NCBI GenBank assembly: GCA_041300865.1
Contig: JBFYTF010000036.1
Location: 34,604 to 98,603, forward strand
Source of the DNA: Anaerolineae bacterium
Lineage (GTDB): Bacteria; Chloroflexota; Anaerolineae; JAAYZQ01
Direction of reading: 5' to 3'
DNA length: 64,000 bases
A program made the position numbers and the translations under genes. This document shows positions 18,474 through 27,530 of this stretch, piece after piece. Position 1 is the first letter of the stretch, and every line of letters starts with the position of its first letter. The notes under the pieces are model-generated. The model ran no database searches. It saw only the letters and a program-made list of their open reading frames with translations, and was not told the origin of the DNA.

Positions 18474-21400
18474 CTACTGTTTCTTCTGCAACAGCCCGAG
18501 GAGCACTTTGTCTCTCGTCGCCGGCAGCGAAGTGATGCGCACGCCAATGGCGTTGTCGATAGCATTGATCACCGCGGGGGCGGTGGGCATGTAGGCTCCC
18601 TCGCCCACCCCCTTGGCCCCGAATGGGCCGCGGGGATGGGGATCCTGAACGATGATGGCCGTCACCTCCGCCGGGTTGGTGCTGCGCGGGATGGCAAGCT
18701 TGTGCAGGCTGTCGGTGAGGATCCGGCCGTCGACTTGCAGGAATTCCTCGCCGAGGGCATAGCCCAAGCCCATGACCACGCCGCCCTCGATCTGTCCTTC
18801 GACCGACGTCGGGCGGATAGGCGCCCCCGTGTCGTGGGCGGCAATGACCTTCAGCACGTCCACCTGGCCCGTTTTCTCGTCCACTTCGACGACCGCCACC
18901 TGGCAGCCATAGCAGAAGGCGGGATAGTTGGCATAGTCGTCGTCGCTGAGGCCCTTTTCCTGGCGCTGCTGAAGCGACAAGATGCGATAGGTAGGCGCGG
19001 GCACGTAGTGGTGGGCCACCTGGACCTGTTCACCGCGTTCGCGCGCCGCAGCTGCCAGGTCCGCCAGGTCTCCCAGCCGCTCCTCCCGCTCCAGGTCGAT
19101 CAGCTCTCCGTCCGCGGTGAGCTTGATGCGGGCAGCATCGGCGTTGTACACCTGGGCCGCGTACTGGAGCAGCTGGGCGTGGAACATGGTGCTCACCTCA
19201 AACGTGGCCTGGCCCGTAATGTGGGTCTGGCGCGACGCCGCGGTGATACCGCCATCCCTTCCTTCGCGCGTATCGCCGGTCACAAAATGCACCCGGTCGT
19301 AGTGGATGCCCATCACCCGGGCCGCGATCTCGCACATGGCCGAGTTGGATCCCTGGCCCAGGTCTATGGCTCCGTGGCGCAGCATGAGGCTGCCGTCCTC
19401 TTGCAGCTCCAGGGAGACGTGGACGCTGTCGTCGTTGCCGATGCCCAGGCCCACGTTCTTCATGCCGGCCGCCACGCCGATGCCCAGGCGTTTGCCGGGT
19501 TTCTGCTCGGGCAGCCGCCAGCGCCGGAGCTCTGCCTCTGCCGCTTCCAGCACCAGCTTGGCACCGACGCTTTGCTTCAGGGTCTGTCCCGTAACGAGCG
19601 TCGAGCCCTCCTGGTACATGTTCATGCGCCGCACGTCAAAGGGATCCAAGCCCAGCACCTGGGCGAGGCGGTCGACCTGCGACTCCATGGCGAACGTGAT
19701 CTGCTGCGCGCCAAAGCCACGCATCGCCCCGCAGGGCACGTTGTTGGTCCGCACCGAGACGCCGGTCACCCGGACGTTGGGGATCTCGTAGGGACCTGAG
19801 GAAAAGACCGTGGCCTGCTCGAGCACGTCGTCGGAGGTGGACCGGTAGGCACCACCATCGGCCACTAGCTGGGCCTGCAGGGCAACGATCTTGCCCTGGC
19901 GCGTCGCGCCGAGCTTGTAGTGCATCCAGAAGGGGTGCCGCTTGACGTGCATGCGGATCGATTCCGTCCGGTCCAGGACCAGTTTCACAGGCCGGCCCGT
20001 CAGGTAGGTGCCCAGGGCCAGGAACGGCTGGACCGTCAGGTCCATCTTGCCGCCAAAGGCGCCGCCCACGGGCGTCTGGACCATGCGCACCCTTTCTATT
20101 GGCAGGCCAAGGATATCGGCCAGCTGCATCCGGTCGCCCGGCGGCCATTGGGTCGCTTGATAGACGGTGACACAGTCGCCGTCCATGACGCCGATGCCGC
20201 CCTCGGTCTCGAGGAATGCGTGCTCGATGGCTTGCGTGCGATAGTCATCCTCGATGACGATCTCGGCCTGGGCAAAGCCGGCCTCGACGTCGCCCTTTTC
20301 CACCAGGGTGCGGTGAAACACGTTGTTTTCGCCCTTGAGCACCGGCGCCCCGGGCTCCAGGGACCGCTGCGGGGTGAACAGGCCAGGCAGGGGATGATAA
20401 TCTACCTTGACCCGGGCGGCCGCCGCTGCCGCCGCCTCTTCCGTCTCGGCGTACACCGCAGCCACCGGCTCGCCGACGAACAGCACCCTGTTTTCGGCCA
20501 GGACGGGCTGGTCGTAGCCCATGGAGCCAAAGATGTTCTGGCCGGGAACGTCCTTGTGGGTGATGACCTTGACCACGCCCGGCACGGCCTCGGCCGCGGT
20601 GGTGTCGATGCCCAGGATCTGGGCATGGGGGTGCTCGCTCCACACGATCTTGCCGTAGAGCATGCCCTCCAGCTGCATGTCGCCGGCGTACACCTCGCGC
20701 CCCGTCACCTGAGCAAGGGCGTCCTTGCGCGGCAGGGCTCGCCGGGTCAGCTCTTTTTTGTCGCCGCGCATCACGGCCGCGGCGTCCTGGATGGCCTCGA
20801 TGATTTTGACATAACCCGTACAGCGGCAGTAGTTGTTGCCCAACCCTTCCTTGATCTCTTGCTCGGTCGGGTCGGGGATATCGCGCAGCAGGGTAAGGGC
20901 GGCGAGGACCATGCCCGGGGTGCAATAGCCGCATTGGACGGCATCGTGGACCATGAACGCCTGCTGCACGGGGTGCAGGTTGTCCGGGTTTGCCACACCC
21001 TCGATGGTCAACACCTCGCGACCGTGGGCCTTGGCAGCGGGAAAGAGGCAGGAGACCACCGGCTGGCCATCGACCAGGACGGTGCAGGCGCCGCACTCTC
21101 CCTCGTCGCAGCCGATCTTGGTGCCGGTGAGGCCCAGGTCTTCGCGGAGGAGATGTCCCAGCGTGGCACTCGCCCCTCCTTCGACCGTGCGGATCTCACC
21201 GTTGAGACGGAACGTGATGGTGCCGCCCGCGGCGGGCTCGCTTGCCGCGCCCGACCAGGCCCGGTCCCAGGCAAAACGGCCGGCGATGGTCTGCTGCTCG
21301 CCCGACCTGGCAGCCTGGACGGCGCGCTGGATGGCACGCTGGATGAGGACCTGCAGCACCACCTCGCGGTACTCGGCGGTGGCACGCAGCGCACTGGTGC

Positions 21401-22172
21401 GCACCGTGCACACCAGGGCCGCTTCGTCGGCGGCGATGGCATAGTTCTCGTCGGTGCACGCTTCGCCTGCCAGCCAGTCCTCGGCGCACGTAGCGCGGAA
21501 GGGAGTGTCGGCCACGGGTCCCAGCGAAATGCGGATCCAGGCCAAGTGGTCGAGGTCCTCCGTCAGCTCCAGGTCCACCGCGCAGCAGGCAATGGGCAGC
21601 GACATGACCTCCCGCTTGGCCAACCGCTCGTAGGCCGAGGCCTGCCGGGGCTTGCGCCTGCGCCAGCGAAAGCGGGTGATCATCTCCCGGCTGGCATCGA
21701 GGTGCGAGCGCCCAGGCCCGGCAAAGAGGCTCGAAACGGGCAGCCACTGCCGGCCACCTTTGCCCGCCACCTCGGCCTCGGCGTCCAGCGCCAGGAGGGC
21801 GATGCTGCCGTCACCCGCCGGCTGGGCGGTCACGACGTTTCCGGCCAACGTGCCGACGTTCTGGACTGACCAGGCACCGACGTGGTGCGCCGCCTCGGCC
21901 AGGACGTACGCCTCGCAATTGACCAGGGGCGAGGTCCACAGCTGGTGATACGTGGCGTTCGCCCCCACGACGACATAGTCCCCCTCGTAGCCGATGGCAT
22001 CGATGCCGGGGATGCGCGTCGTGTCGACCAGGCACTGGGGCGCGAACTTGCCCTGTCGCACATCGAGAACCAGGTCGGTGCCGCCGGCAATGAGCCGCGC
22101 CTTGCCCTGCCACTGCTCCAACGCCGACAGCGCGTCGTCTACGGAAGTGGCCAGGTAATATTTCTCCCACAT
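18474..22172 (-). CDS. Single-polypeptide xanthine-dehydrogenase-family molybdoenzyme (FAD, 2Fe-2S and Moco domains fused)
   Basis: 1232 aa. A CoxM-like FAD domain (about aa 1-288; [12 protein letters not shown]) is followed by a 2Fe-2S domain (about aa 318-468; [24 protein letters not shown]), then a Moco domain from about aa 480. Confidence 0.85.
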   Translation of the reverse strand: MWEKYYLATSVDDALSALEQWQGKARLIAGGTDLVLDVRQGKFAPQCLVDTTRIPGIDAIGYEGDYVVVGANATYHQLWTSPLVNCEAYVLAEAAHHVGAWSVQNVGTLAGNVVTAQPAGDGSIALLALDAEAEVAGKGGRQWLPVSSLFAGPGRSHLDASREMITRFRWRRRKPRQASAYERLAKREVMSLPIACCAVDLELTEDLDHLAWIRISLGPVADTPFRATCAEDWLAGEACTDENYAIAADEAALVCTVRTSALRATAEYREVVLQVLIQRAIQRAVQAARSGEQQTIAGRFAWDRAWSGAASEPAAGGTITFRLNGEIRTVEGGASATLGHLLREDLGLTGTKIGCDEGECGACTVLVDGQPVVSCLFPAAKAHGREVLTIEGVANPDNLHPVQQAFMVHDAVQCGYCTPGMVLAALTLLRDIPDPTEQEIKEGLGNNYCRCTGYVKIIEAIQDAAAVMRGDKKELTRRALPRKDALAQVTGREVYAGDMQLEGMLYGKIVWSEHPHAQILGIDTTAAEAVPGVVKVITHKDVPGQNIFGSMGYDQPVLAENRVLFVGEPVAAVYAETEEAAAAAAARVKVDYHPLPGLFTPQRSLEPGAPVLKGENNVFHRTLVEKGDVEAGFAQAEIVIEDDYRTQAIEHAFLETEGGIGVMDGDCVTVYQATQWPPGDRMQLADILGLPIERVRMVQTPVGGAFGGKMDLTVQPFLALGTYLTGRPVKLVLDRTESIRMHVKRHPFWMHYKLGATRQGKIVALQAQLVADGGAYRSTSDDVLEQATVFSSGPYEIPNVRVTGVSVRTNNVPCGAMRGFGAQQITFAMESQVDRLAQVLGLDPFDVRRMNMYQEGSTLVTGQTLKQSVGAKLVLEAAEAELRRWRLPEQKPGKRLGIGVAAGMKNVGLGIGNDDSVHVSLELQEDGSLMLRHGAIDLGQGSNSAMCEIAARVMGIHYDRVHFVTGDTREGRDGGITAASRQTHITGQATFEVSTMFHAQLLQYAAQVYNADAARIKLTADGELIDLEREERLGDLADLAAAARERGEQVQVAHHYVPAPTYRILSLQQRQEKGLSDDDYANYPAFCYGCQVAVVEVDEKTGQVDVLKVIAAHDTGAPIRPTSVEGQIEGGVVMGLGYALGEEFLQVDGRILTDSLHKLAIPRSTNPAEVTAIIVQDPHPRGPFGAKGVGEGAYMPTAPAVINAIDNAIGVRITSLPATRDKVLLGLLQKKQ

Positions 22173-22192
22173 GCTGCCTCGTGCCTCCTAAT

Positions 22193-23488
22193 CTAGTGCT
22201 GGCGCCCGTTTCGCGCGCCTTGCCACAGCCGGGCAATGGTCGCCATTGCCTGCTCTCGTAGCTCCTCTTCGTCTGCGGTCTGGACCTGGCCATCGGCCAC
22301 CACCACCCGGCCATCGACGATCACGTGGCTCACGTCGCCTCCCGCCGCGCCCACCACCAAGTGATAGACGGCGTTTTCGGGCAGCAGCGGCGACGGTGCC
22401 GAGTTGCGCAGCAGGACCATGTCGGCCAGGGCGCCGGGCCTCAAGGCGCCGGCATCGAGGTGGAGCGCGCGCGCCGCCCGCGTGGTGTGCAGGCTCAGGA
22501 CGTCCTCTGCCGAGACCTCGCCGGGAGTCTGCAGCGAGTGCAGCAGCAACGTCGTGCTGAGGTTGACAAAGGGGTCAAAGGCCCGCACAAAACCATCGTC
22601 ACCCAGGCTGGCATTGACCCCGGCTTTGAGCATCTTGCTCAACGGAGCGGCTCCGGTGCCAATCTCCATGTTCGACACCGGGTTGTGGGACACCTGCGTG
22701 CCCGTCTCGGCCAGCACGCCGATCTCCTCGTCGTCGAGGTGAACGCACTGCGATGCGATCGTATCCTGGTCGAGAACTCCGAGCTCGTGCAGGTAGTGCA
22801 CCGGTCGCTTGCCAAATCGCTGCAGCGTATCCTGCACGTGGTAGGTGCCCTCGGAGACGTGGAGCTGGAAGAGGGCGTTGTGACGGCAGGCGATCTCTTT
22901 TGCCTGGCGAATGTAGGGACCACTGCACGAGAACGTGGTGTGCACGCTCATCACGCCGCGCACGCGCCCCCGCAGCGACAAGATCCGCTCGTTTTCCTCG
23001 AGCAGTTTCTGGGCGATCTCTTCTCCTGCACGTTGGGTGGCCTCGTTGGAGACAAAGGCCCGGGCGCCGGTTTTCGCTACGGCTTCCGCCTCGGCGAGCA
23101 TGAAGCCCGGTGCCGCGTAAGGGGACTCCATGACGTCGCAAAAGCAGGTAAAGCCGCTCTTGAGGTGCAGCAGCGAGGCATAAGCGGCGAGGCTGGCCAC
23201 GTCCTCGGCGCTAAGCATGTCTTCGACAAAGGGCCACCAGTACTCTTTCAGGAAGGGCCAGAACCCCGCCGGTGCCGGTACCGGGTGGCCGTAGGCCACC
23301 AGGCCGTGCAAATGGGTGTGGGTGCTGATCAGCCCCGGCATCAAGATGCCGTCGACGTACAGATCGGTCTCCTGGTCTCTCGCGCCGGCCAGGACACTAA
23401 CGATCTTGTCGCCCTCGATCTCGACCACAGGATCGCGGATCACGCCCTGTTCGGTCATCGTCACCGCCAGCCGCGCACCAACCTTCAT
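22193..23488 (-). CDS. Metal-dependent amidohydrolase (SsnA / chlorohydrolase / aminohydrolase family)
   Basis: Motifs LISTHTHLHG and QLHVSEG. AGGAGG lies 6 nt before the ATG at 23488. Confidence 0.8.
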   Translation of the reverse strand: MKVGARLAVTMTEQGVIRDPVVEIEGDKIVSVLAGARDQETDLYVDGILMPGLISTHTHLHGLVAYGHPVPAPAGFWPFLKEYWWPFVEDMLSAEDVASLAAYASLLHLKSGFTCFCDVMESPYAAPGFMLAEAEAVAKTGARAFVSNEATQRAGEEIAQKLLEENERILSLRGRVRGVMSVHTTFSCSGPYIRQAKEIACRHNALFQLHVSEGTYHVQDTLQRFGKRPVHYLHELGVLDQDTIASQCVHLDDEEIGVLAETGTQVSHNPVSNMEIGTGAAPLSKMLKAGVNASLGDDGFVRAFDPFVNLSTTLLLHSLQTPGEVSAEDVLSLHTTRAARALHLDAGALRPGALADMVLLRNSAPSPLLPENAVYHLVVGAAGGDVSHVIVDGRVVVADGQVQTADEEELREQAMATIARLWQGARNGRQH

Positions 23489-23525
23489 AGTTTCCCTCCT
23501 TTCTCTCCCTGTGCCCGCTCTCGGC

Positions 23526-25235
23526 TCACGCCGGCTGGAACAGGCGAGCCAGGTCCAGCTGGGCGAGTTTTTCTGAGCAGGGACGGCCCTGCTCATCCCA
23601 GCCCCGGATGCGGTAATAGGCGGCCATCCCCTCGCGGTAGACGTCCGGCTTGAGCATGCCGTCCATGATGCGACGGGGCAGGGTGTCGTGCGAGGCGTCG
23701 ACGCCGCGCTTGACGTTGAGCAGGCGCTCCAGGTTGTAGATCCGCTCGCCGGCTACATCAAGCTCCTCGTCACTGAACTCGGTGCCCAGGACGGCGCTCA
23801 GCGCGGAGGCGTAGAACGGGCGCAGCGTTCCGGCGAGGAACGTGCAGACGATGAGCGAGTCGCGGACGCAGCCGGCATCGTGGTAGTTCGCGACCATTTG
23901 GGCCAACTCTACCCCGGAGAACTCGGTCCCCGACAGCTCGTCGGCGACCGTCCAGGCCCGGCTGTGACAGCCGCCGCGGTTGGCCGTGCTGTAGGAGATG
24001 GCCATGCCCGTGAGCTTGCGCGGGTCGTAGGCGGCCAGCTCCAGCCCCTTCACCTGCATGGCGTAATCCACTCCCAGGCTGCGGGCCGCAGCCCGAGTGC
24101 CCTGGCCCAGGAGGTCGCCCTCAGCCTGCCGGTAGCCGATCTTGTGCACCAGGTCCAGGATGTTGGAAGGATCGTCCAGGGTGCCGGTGTATTCCCGGTA
24201 GAAGGCCACCGCGTTGCCGGTAGAGATGGTGTCGACACCCAGATCGTTGCAGAGGTTGTTCGCCCGGGCGATGAGGGCATAGTCGTCGACGCGGTTGTCA
24301 CCGCCAAAGGCCCACACCGTTTCGTATTCGGCCGCTTCCAGCTCCAGGCCATCGACCCGGACGTGGAGACGACAGCGGACGGGACAGGAGGGGCAGGTCG
24401 TGCGCTTGTAGACAAACTCCTCGACGATGCGCTCGCCGTAGAGGTTCGCAGCCCCGGCGAAATAGCGCTCCCGGTGATTCCCCGTGGGGAAGGCGTGGAA
24501 CTCGTTGACGGGCGCCACCAGGTTCGGGGTGCTGATGGGGCCTTGCACCTCCATCAAGAAGCTCGACTCGCGGATGGCGCGCAGTGCATCACGGCTGACG
24601 ACCTTCAGGCGGTCCGGATCGGCGACAGGGATCTCGCTGTTGCCTCGCGCGACGATGGCCTTGACGTTCTTGCTGCCCAGGATGGCGCCCATCCCGCACC
24701 GGCCGGCTGAATGGCTCTCGTCGCCGCGCACGTTGGCCATGGCCACCAGCCTCTCGCCGGCCGGGCCGATGACCACTGCTCGCAGGTTGCCCTTTTCCTC
24801 CCGCTCAAGGATGGTCCGTGCCTGGGAGACCGTCAGGCCCCACAGGTCAGGACGCGGAAGGACCTCGACCTTGTTCTCGTCGATATAGACAACCGAGGGC
24901 TGCGGGGCCTGTCCTTGGAGCACGAGAGCGAGGGTATCGGTGCGGGCCAGGGCCGGGCCAAAGTCACCGCCAAGCCAGCTGCCGGCGCACAGCCCCGTGA
25001 GGGGAGATACGCCAAAGAAGCACGCGCGGTTGGCTCCGGGGAAGCCGGTGGCGGTGAGGCCGCCGGTGGCGATGATCAGCGGCAGATCCGGGTCCAGGGC
25101 CGGCAGGGCCAGGTCGGCGCCGGCCATGAGGCGTGCTCCCAGGCCGAGGCCGCCCAGGTACTGCCCTTGCATGGTTGGATCCACGGCTTGGCTCTGAGGC
25201 GACCCAGAACAGAGATCCAGACAGCGAATGTGCAT
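23526..25235 (-). CDS. Aldehyde:ferredoxin oxidoreductase (AOR) family tungsto/molybdopterin enzyme
   Basis: AOR N-domain (LGGLGLGARLM, IIATGGLTATGFPGANR) and a CPSCPVRC cluster motif. AGGGGGA lies before the ATG at 25235. Confidence 0.8.
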   Translation of the reverse strand: MHIRCLDLCSGSPQSQAVDPTMQGQYLGGLGLGARLMAGADLALPALDPDLPLIIATGGLTATGFPGANRACFFGVSPLTGLCAGSWLGGDFGPALARTDTLALVLQGQAPQPSVVYIDENKVEVLPRPDLWGLTVSQARTILEREEKGNLRAVVIGPAGERLVAMANVRGDESHSAGRCGMGAILGSKNVKAIVARGNSEIPVADPDRLKVVSRDALRAIRESSFLMEVQGPISTPNLVAPVNEFHAFPTGNHRERYFAGAANLYGERIVEEFVYKRTTCPSCPVRCRLHVRVDGLELEAAEYETVWAFGGDNRVDDYALIARANNLCNDLGVDTISTGNAVAFYREYTGTLDDPSNILDLVHKIGYRQAEGDLLGQGTRAAARSLGVDYAMQVKGLELAAYDPRKLTGMAISYSTANRGGCHSRAWTVADELSGTEFSGVELAQMVANYHDAGCVRDSLIVCTFLAGTLRPFYASALSAVLGTEFSDEELDVAGERIYNLERLLNVKRGVDASHDTLPRRIMDGMLKPDVYREGMAAYYRIRGWDEQGRPCSEKLAQLDLARLFQPA

Positions 25236-25376
25236 AACCGTTCCCCCTTGATCTACGCTACTCATCTTCGAGCTTGAGCACGGACTGGGAAAGACGCTTG
25301 CGGGCCGGGAACAGACCTATGGGCCAAAGAGCGTTGCACGCATGGCTGACAAGCCGGCACCGGGCAGACATTGTAT

Positions 25377-25405
25377 ATTCTACAATATATACTGGCTGCT
25401 GTCAA
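25377..25405 (-). promoter_or_regulatory. Near-consensus sigma-70-type promoter (TTGACA-17-TAGAAT) with an overlapping palindrome
   Basis: On the minus strand, TTGACA is at 25405-25400 and TAGAAT at 25382-25377. ATTGTA-N5-TACAAT lies at 25370-25386. This is an AT-rich island in GC-rich DNA, about 140 nt upstream of the AOR start. Confidence 0.7.
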
Positions 25406-25460
25406 AGTCTGTCCTGCTCCTGGGATAAGGTAGAGCCGTGTAATCCTCCTGCTCCTCCGA

Positions 25461-26408
25461 TCAACGTTTGCCTTTGTTATACGGGAAGCCCAGTGCTGCT
25501 GGCGGCCGTGTGCGGCCGGTCAAACCGACGAACGTCAGGAAGGTCAACAAGTACGGAATCATCAGAACCAACTCGTACGGTATCTGGACGTCCAGCGCCT
25601 GCAGCCGGAGTGTAGAGGCATCCGCCGCACCAAAAAAGGCACACGCTAGCGCGACGCGCCAGGGATCCCATCTACCAAAGATGACAGCAGCGAGTGCAAT
25701 AAATCCGCGCCCGGCGCTCATGCCCTCCAAAAACATGTTTGACTGTCCCAAAGACAGGAAAGCCCCTCCAGCTGCCGCCAGTGCGCCGCACAGGATTGTG
25801 AATGCATAGCGCCAAAAAGCGACGTTGACACCCACCGTGTCGGCTGCCAGAGGCTGCTCGCCTACTGCCCGAATTTTCAAGCCCCACGTGGTCTTGTATA
25901 GGATGAACGCGCTGACAGGAACCAGGACATATGCAACATAGACGAGGGGCACGTGCTGGAAAAAGATCTCGCCGACGACCGGGATACTGCTGAGATAAGG
26001 TACCTCCCACACCTCGAAGGACTCGACGGTGACCCGCTGACCGAGCTCGAAAAAGCTGCGAGACAAGAAGGTCGTCAAGCCTGCAACGGCTATGTTGATG
26101 GCCGCCCCACTGACCACCTGGTCCCCCCTCACCGTCACAGCGACAAAGGCGTGAACAAGGGCCACCAGGCCACCACAAACCATCGCCACCAGCAGACCCA
26201 GCCAGGCATTGCCGAACAAGTAGGCACCCAAGACTCCGCCGAAAGCACCGCTCAACATCATGCCTTCAAGGCCGATATTGAGAATTCCGGTGCGTTCGCT
26301 GAAAACCTCACCGACGGCGGCAAAGATCAGAGGTACTGCAAACCGTACAGCCGCGGCCCAGAAGGCGACTGCGAACAAATTGCTCAGCAGGCCCACAGCT
26401 TCAGTCAC
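25461..26408 (-). CDS. ABC transporter permease (BMP/nucleoside-type system, second permease)
   Basis: Multi-TM protein with ERTGILNIGLEGMM. The GTG at 26408 overlaps the upstream stop. Paralog of 36731-37666. Confidence 0.8.
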   Translation of the reverse strand: MTEAVGLLSNLFAVAFWAAAVRFAVPLIFAAVGEVFSERTGILNIGLEGMMLSGAFGGVLGAYLFGNAWLGLLVAMVCGGLVALVHAFVAVTVRGDQVVSGAAINIAVAGLTTFLSRSFFELGQRVTVESFEVWEVPYLSSIPVVGEIFFQHVPLVYVAYVLVPVSAFILYKTTWGLKIRAVGEQPLAADTVGVNVAFWRYAFTILCGALAAAGGAFLSLGQSNMFLEGMSAGRGFIALAAVIFGRWDPWRVALACAFFGAADASTLRLQALDVQIPYELVLMIPYLLTFLTFVGLTGRTRPPAALGFPYNKGKR

Positions 26409-27504
26409 ATTTCCTCGCTTCTTCGCGCCAAAGCATGCCAAGCTGTATTGCCCCGGCTATCGCCACAAAGAGTATAGCGACTCCCTGGATGAAGGCCGCG
26501 ACTGAAGAAGGGACCCCCATCGTTCGCTGCATCATATTCGAGCCGGCCCGCAACGCGCCAAAGAAAATCGCGGCCGCAACAACGCCAAATGGGTGTCCTC
26601 GGGCCAGAAGGGCAATTGCGATAGCATCGTACCCATAACCGGGTGAGAAAAAGTCACTGAGCCGGTGCTGGACTCCTAGCACCTCCATGATGCCCGCCAT
26701 GCCAGCCAGACCGCCACTGACCAGCATGGAAACCGTGATGCTGCGAGTAGGCGAGATGCCGGCGTGCCGAGCAGCGCGCGAACCAAAACCCACGGCACGT
26801 ATCCGGAAGCCCAACGTCGTATGATATAGCACGACATACATAATGACGGCAGCCGCCAACGCAATCGGCAACCCGACGTGAAGGCGTCCTGCTTTCCAGA
26901 TAATGGGCAGTTGCGATGTGACGGGGACGATCTCTGTCTGTGGGTAGTAAGCACCCGGTTCCTGGATTGGGCCATGCACCATGTAGCTCACGAACCAGAA
27001 AGCAACATAGTTCAGCATGATGGTCATAATGATCTCGCTGAGCCCACGTTTCGCCCGCAAATAACCGGGGATGCCTCCCCAAATGGCGCCGCCAACAAAG
27101 CTGCCCAGTACGCAGAGCGGGATGTGCAACCAGGCGGGCAGACCCACCGCAAAGAGGGCAACAAGCGTTCCCACCAGAGCCCCAACATACAGCTGCCCCT
27201 CGGCCCCGATATTAAACAGAGAGCAGTGCAGGGCAAACGCCACTCCAAGGCCTGCCAGGATGAGCGGTACCGACTTTTGGAGAGTGAGGCCTACCTCCTG
27301 CCAACCGCCCATCGTGCCCTTGAGCATAGCCCCGTAAGCCGCTAACGGATCAACCCCAGCAACCAGGAGAGCCGCCGCCCCAACTAACAGGGCCAAGAGC
27401 ACTGCCCAGATCGGACCAAACGTTCGCAAGGACCAAAGTGCTCCCCTCAAGAGCTGGTCCGCTAAGGACCGGTGAGTACCCAATCGTTCTGCTTCTGCTG
27501 CCAT
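26401..27504 (-). CDS. ABC transporter permease (BMP/nucleoside-type system, first permease)
   Basis: Multi-TM protein with SLFNIGAEGQLYVGAL. Paralog of 37629-38873. Confidence 0.8.
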   Translation of the reverse strand: MAAEAERLGTHRSLADQLLRGALWSLRTFGPIWAVLLALLVGAAALLVAGVDPLAAYGAMLKGTMGGWQEVGLTLQKSVPLILAGLGVAFALHCSLFNIGAEGQLYVGALVGTLVALFAVGLPAWLHIPLCVLGSFVGGAIWGGIPGYLRAKRGLSEIIMTIMLNYVAFWFVSYMVHGPIQEPGAYYPQTEIVPVTSQLPIIWKAGRLHVGLPIALAAAVIMYVVLYHTTLGFRIRAVGFGSRAARHAGISPTRSITVSMLVSGGLAGMAGIMEVLGVQHRLSDFFSPGYGYDAIAIALLARGHPFGVVAAAIFFGALRAGSNMMQRTMGVPSSVAAFIQGVAILFVAIAGAIQLGMLWREEARKCD

Positions 27505-27530
27505 AGCTCTCTGTCTCTGGCTCCAGCTCT

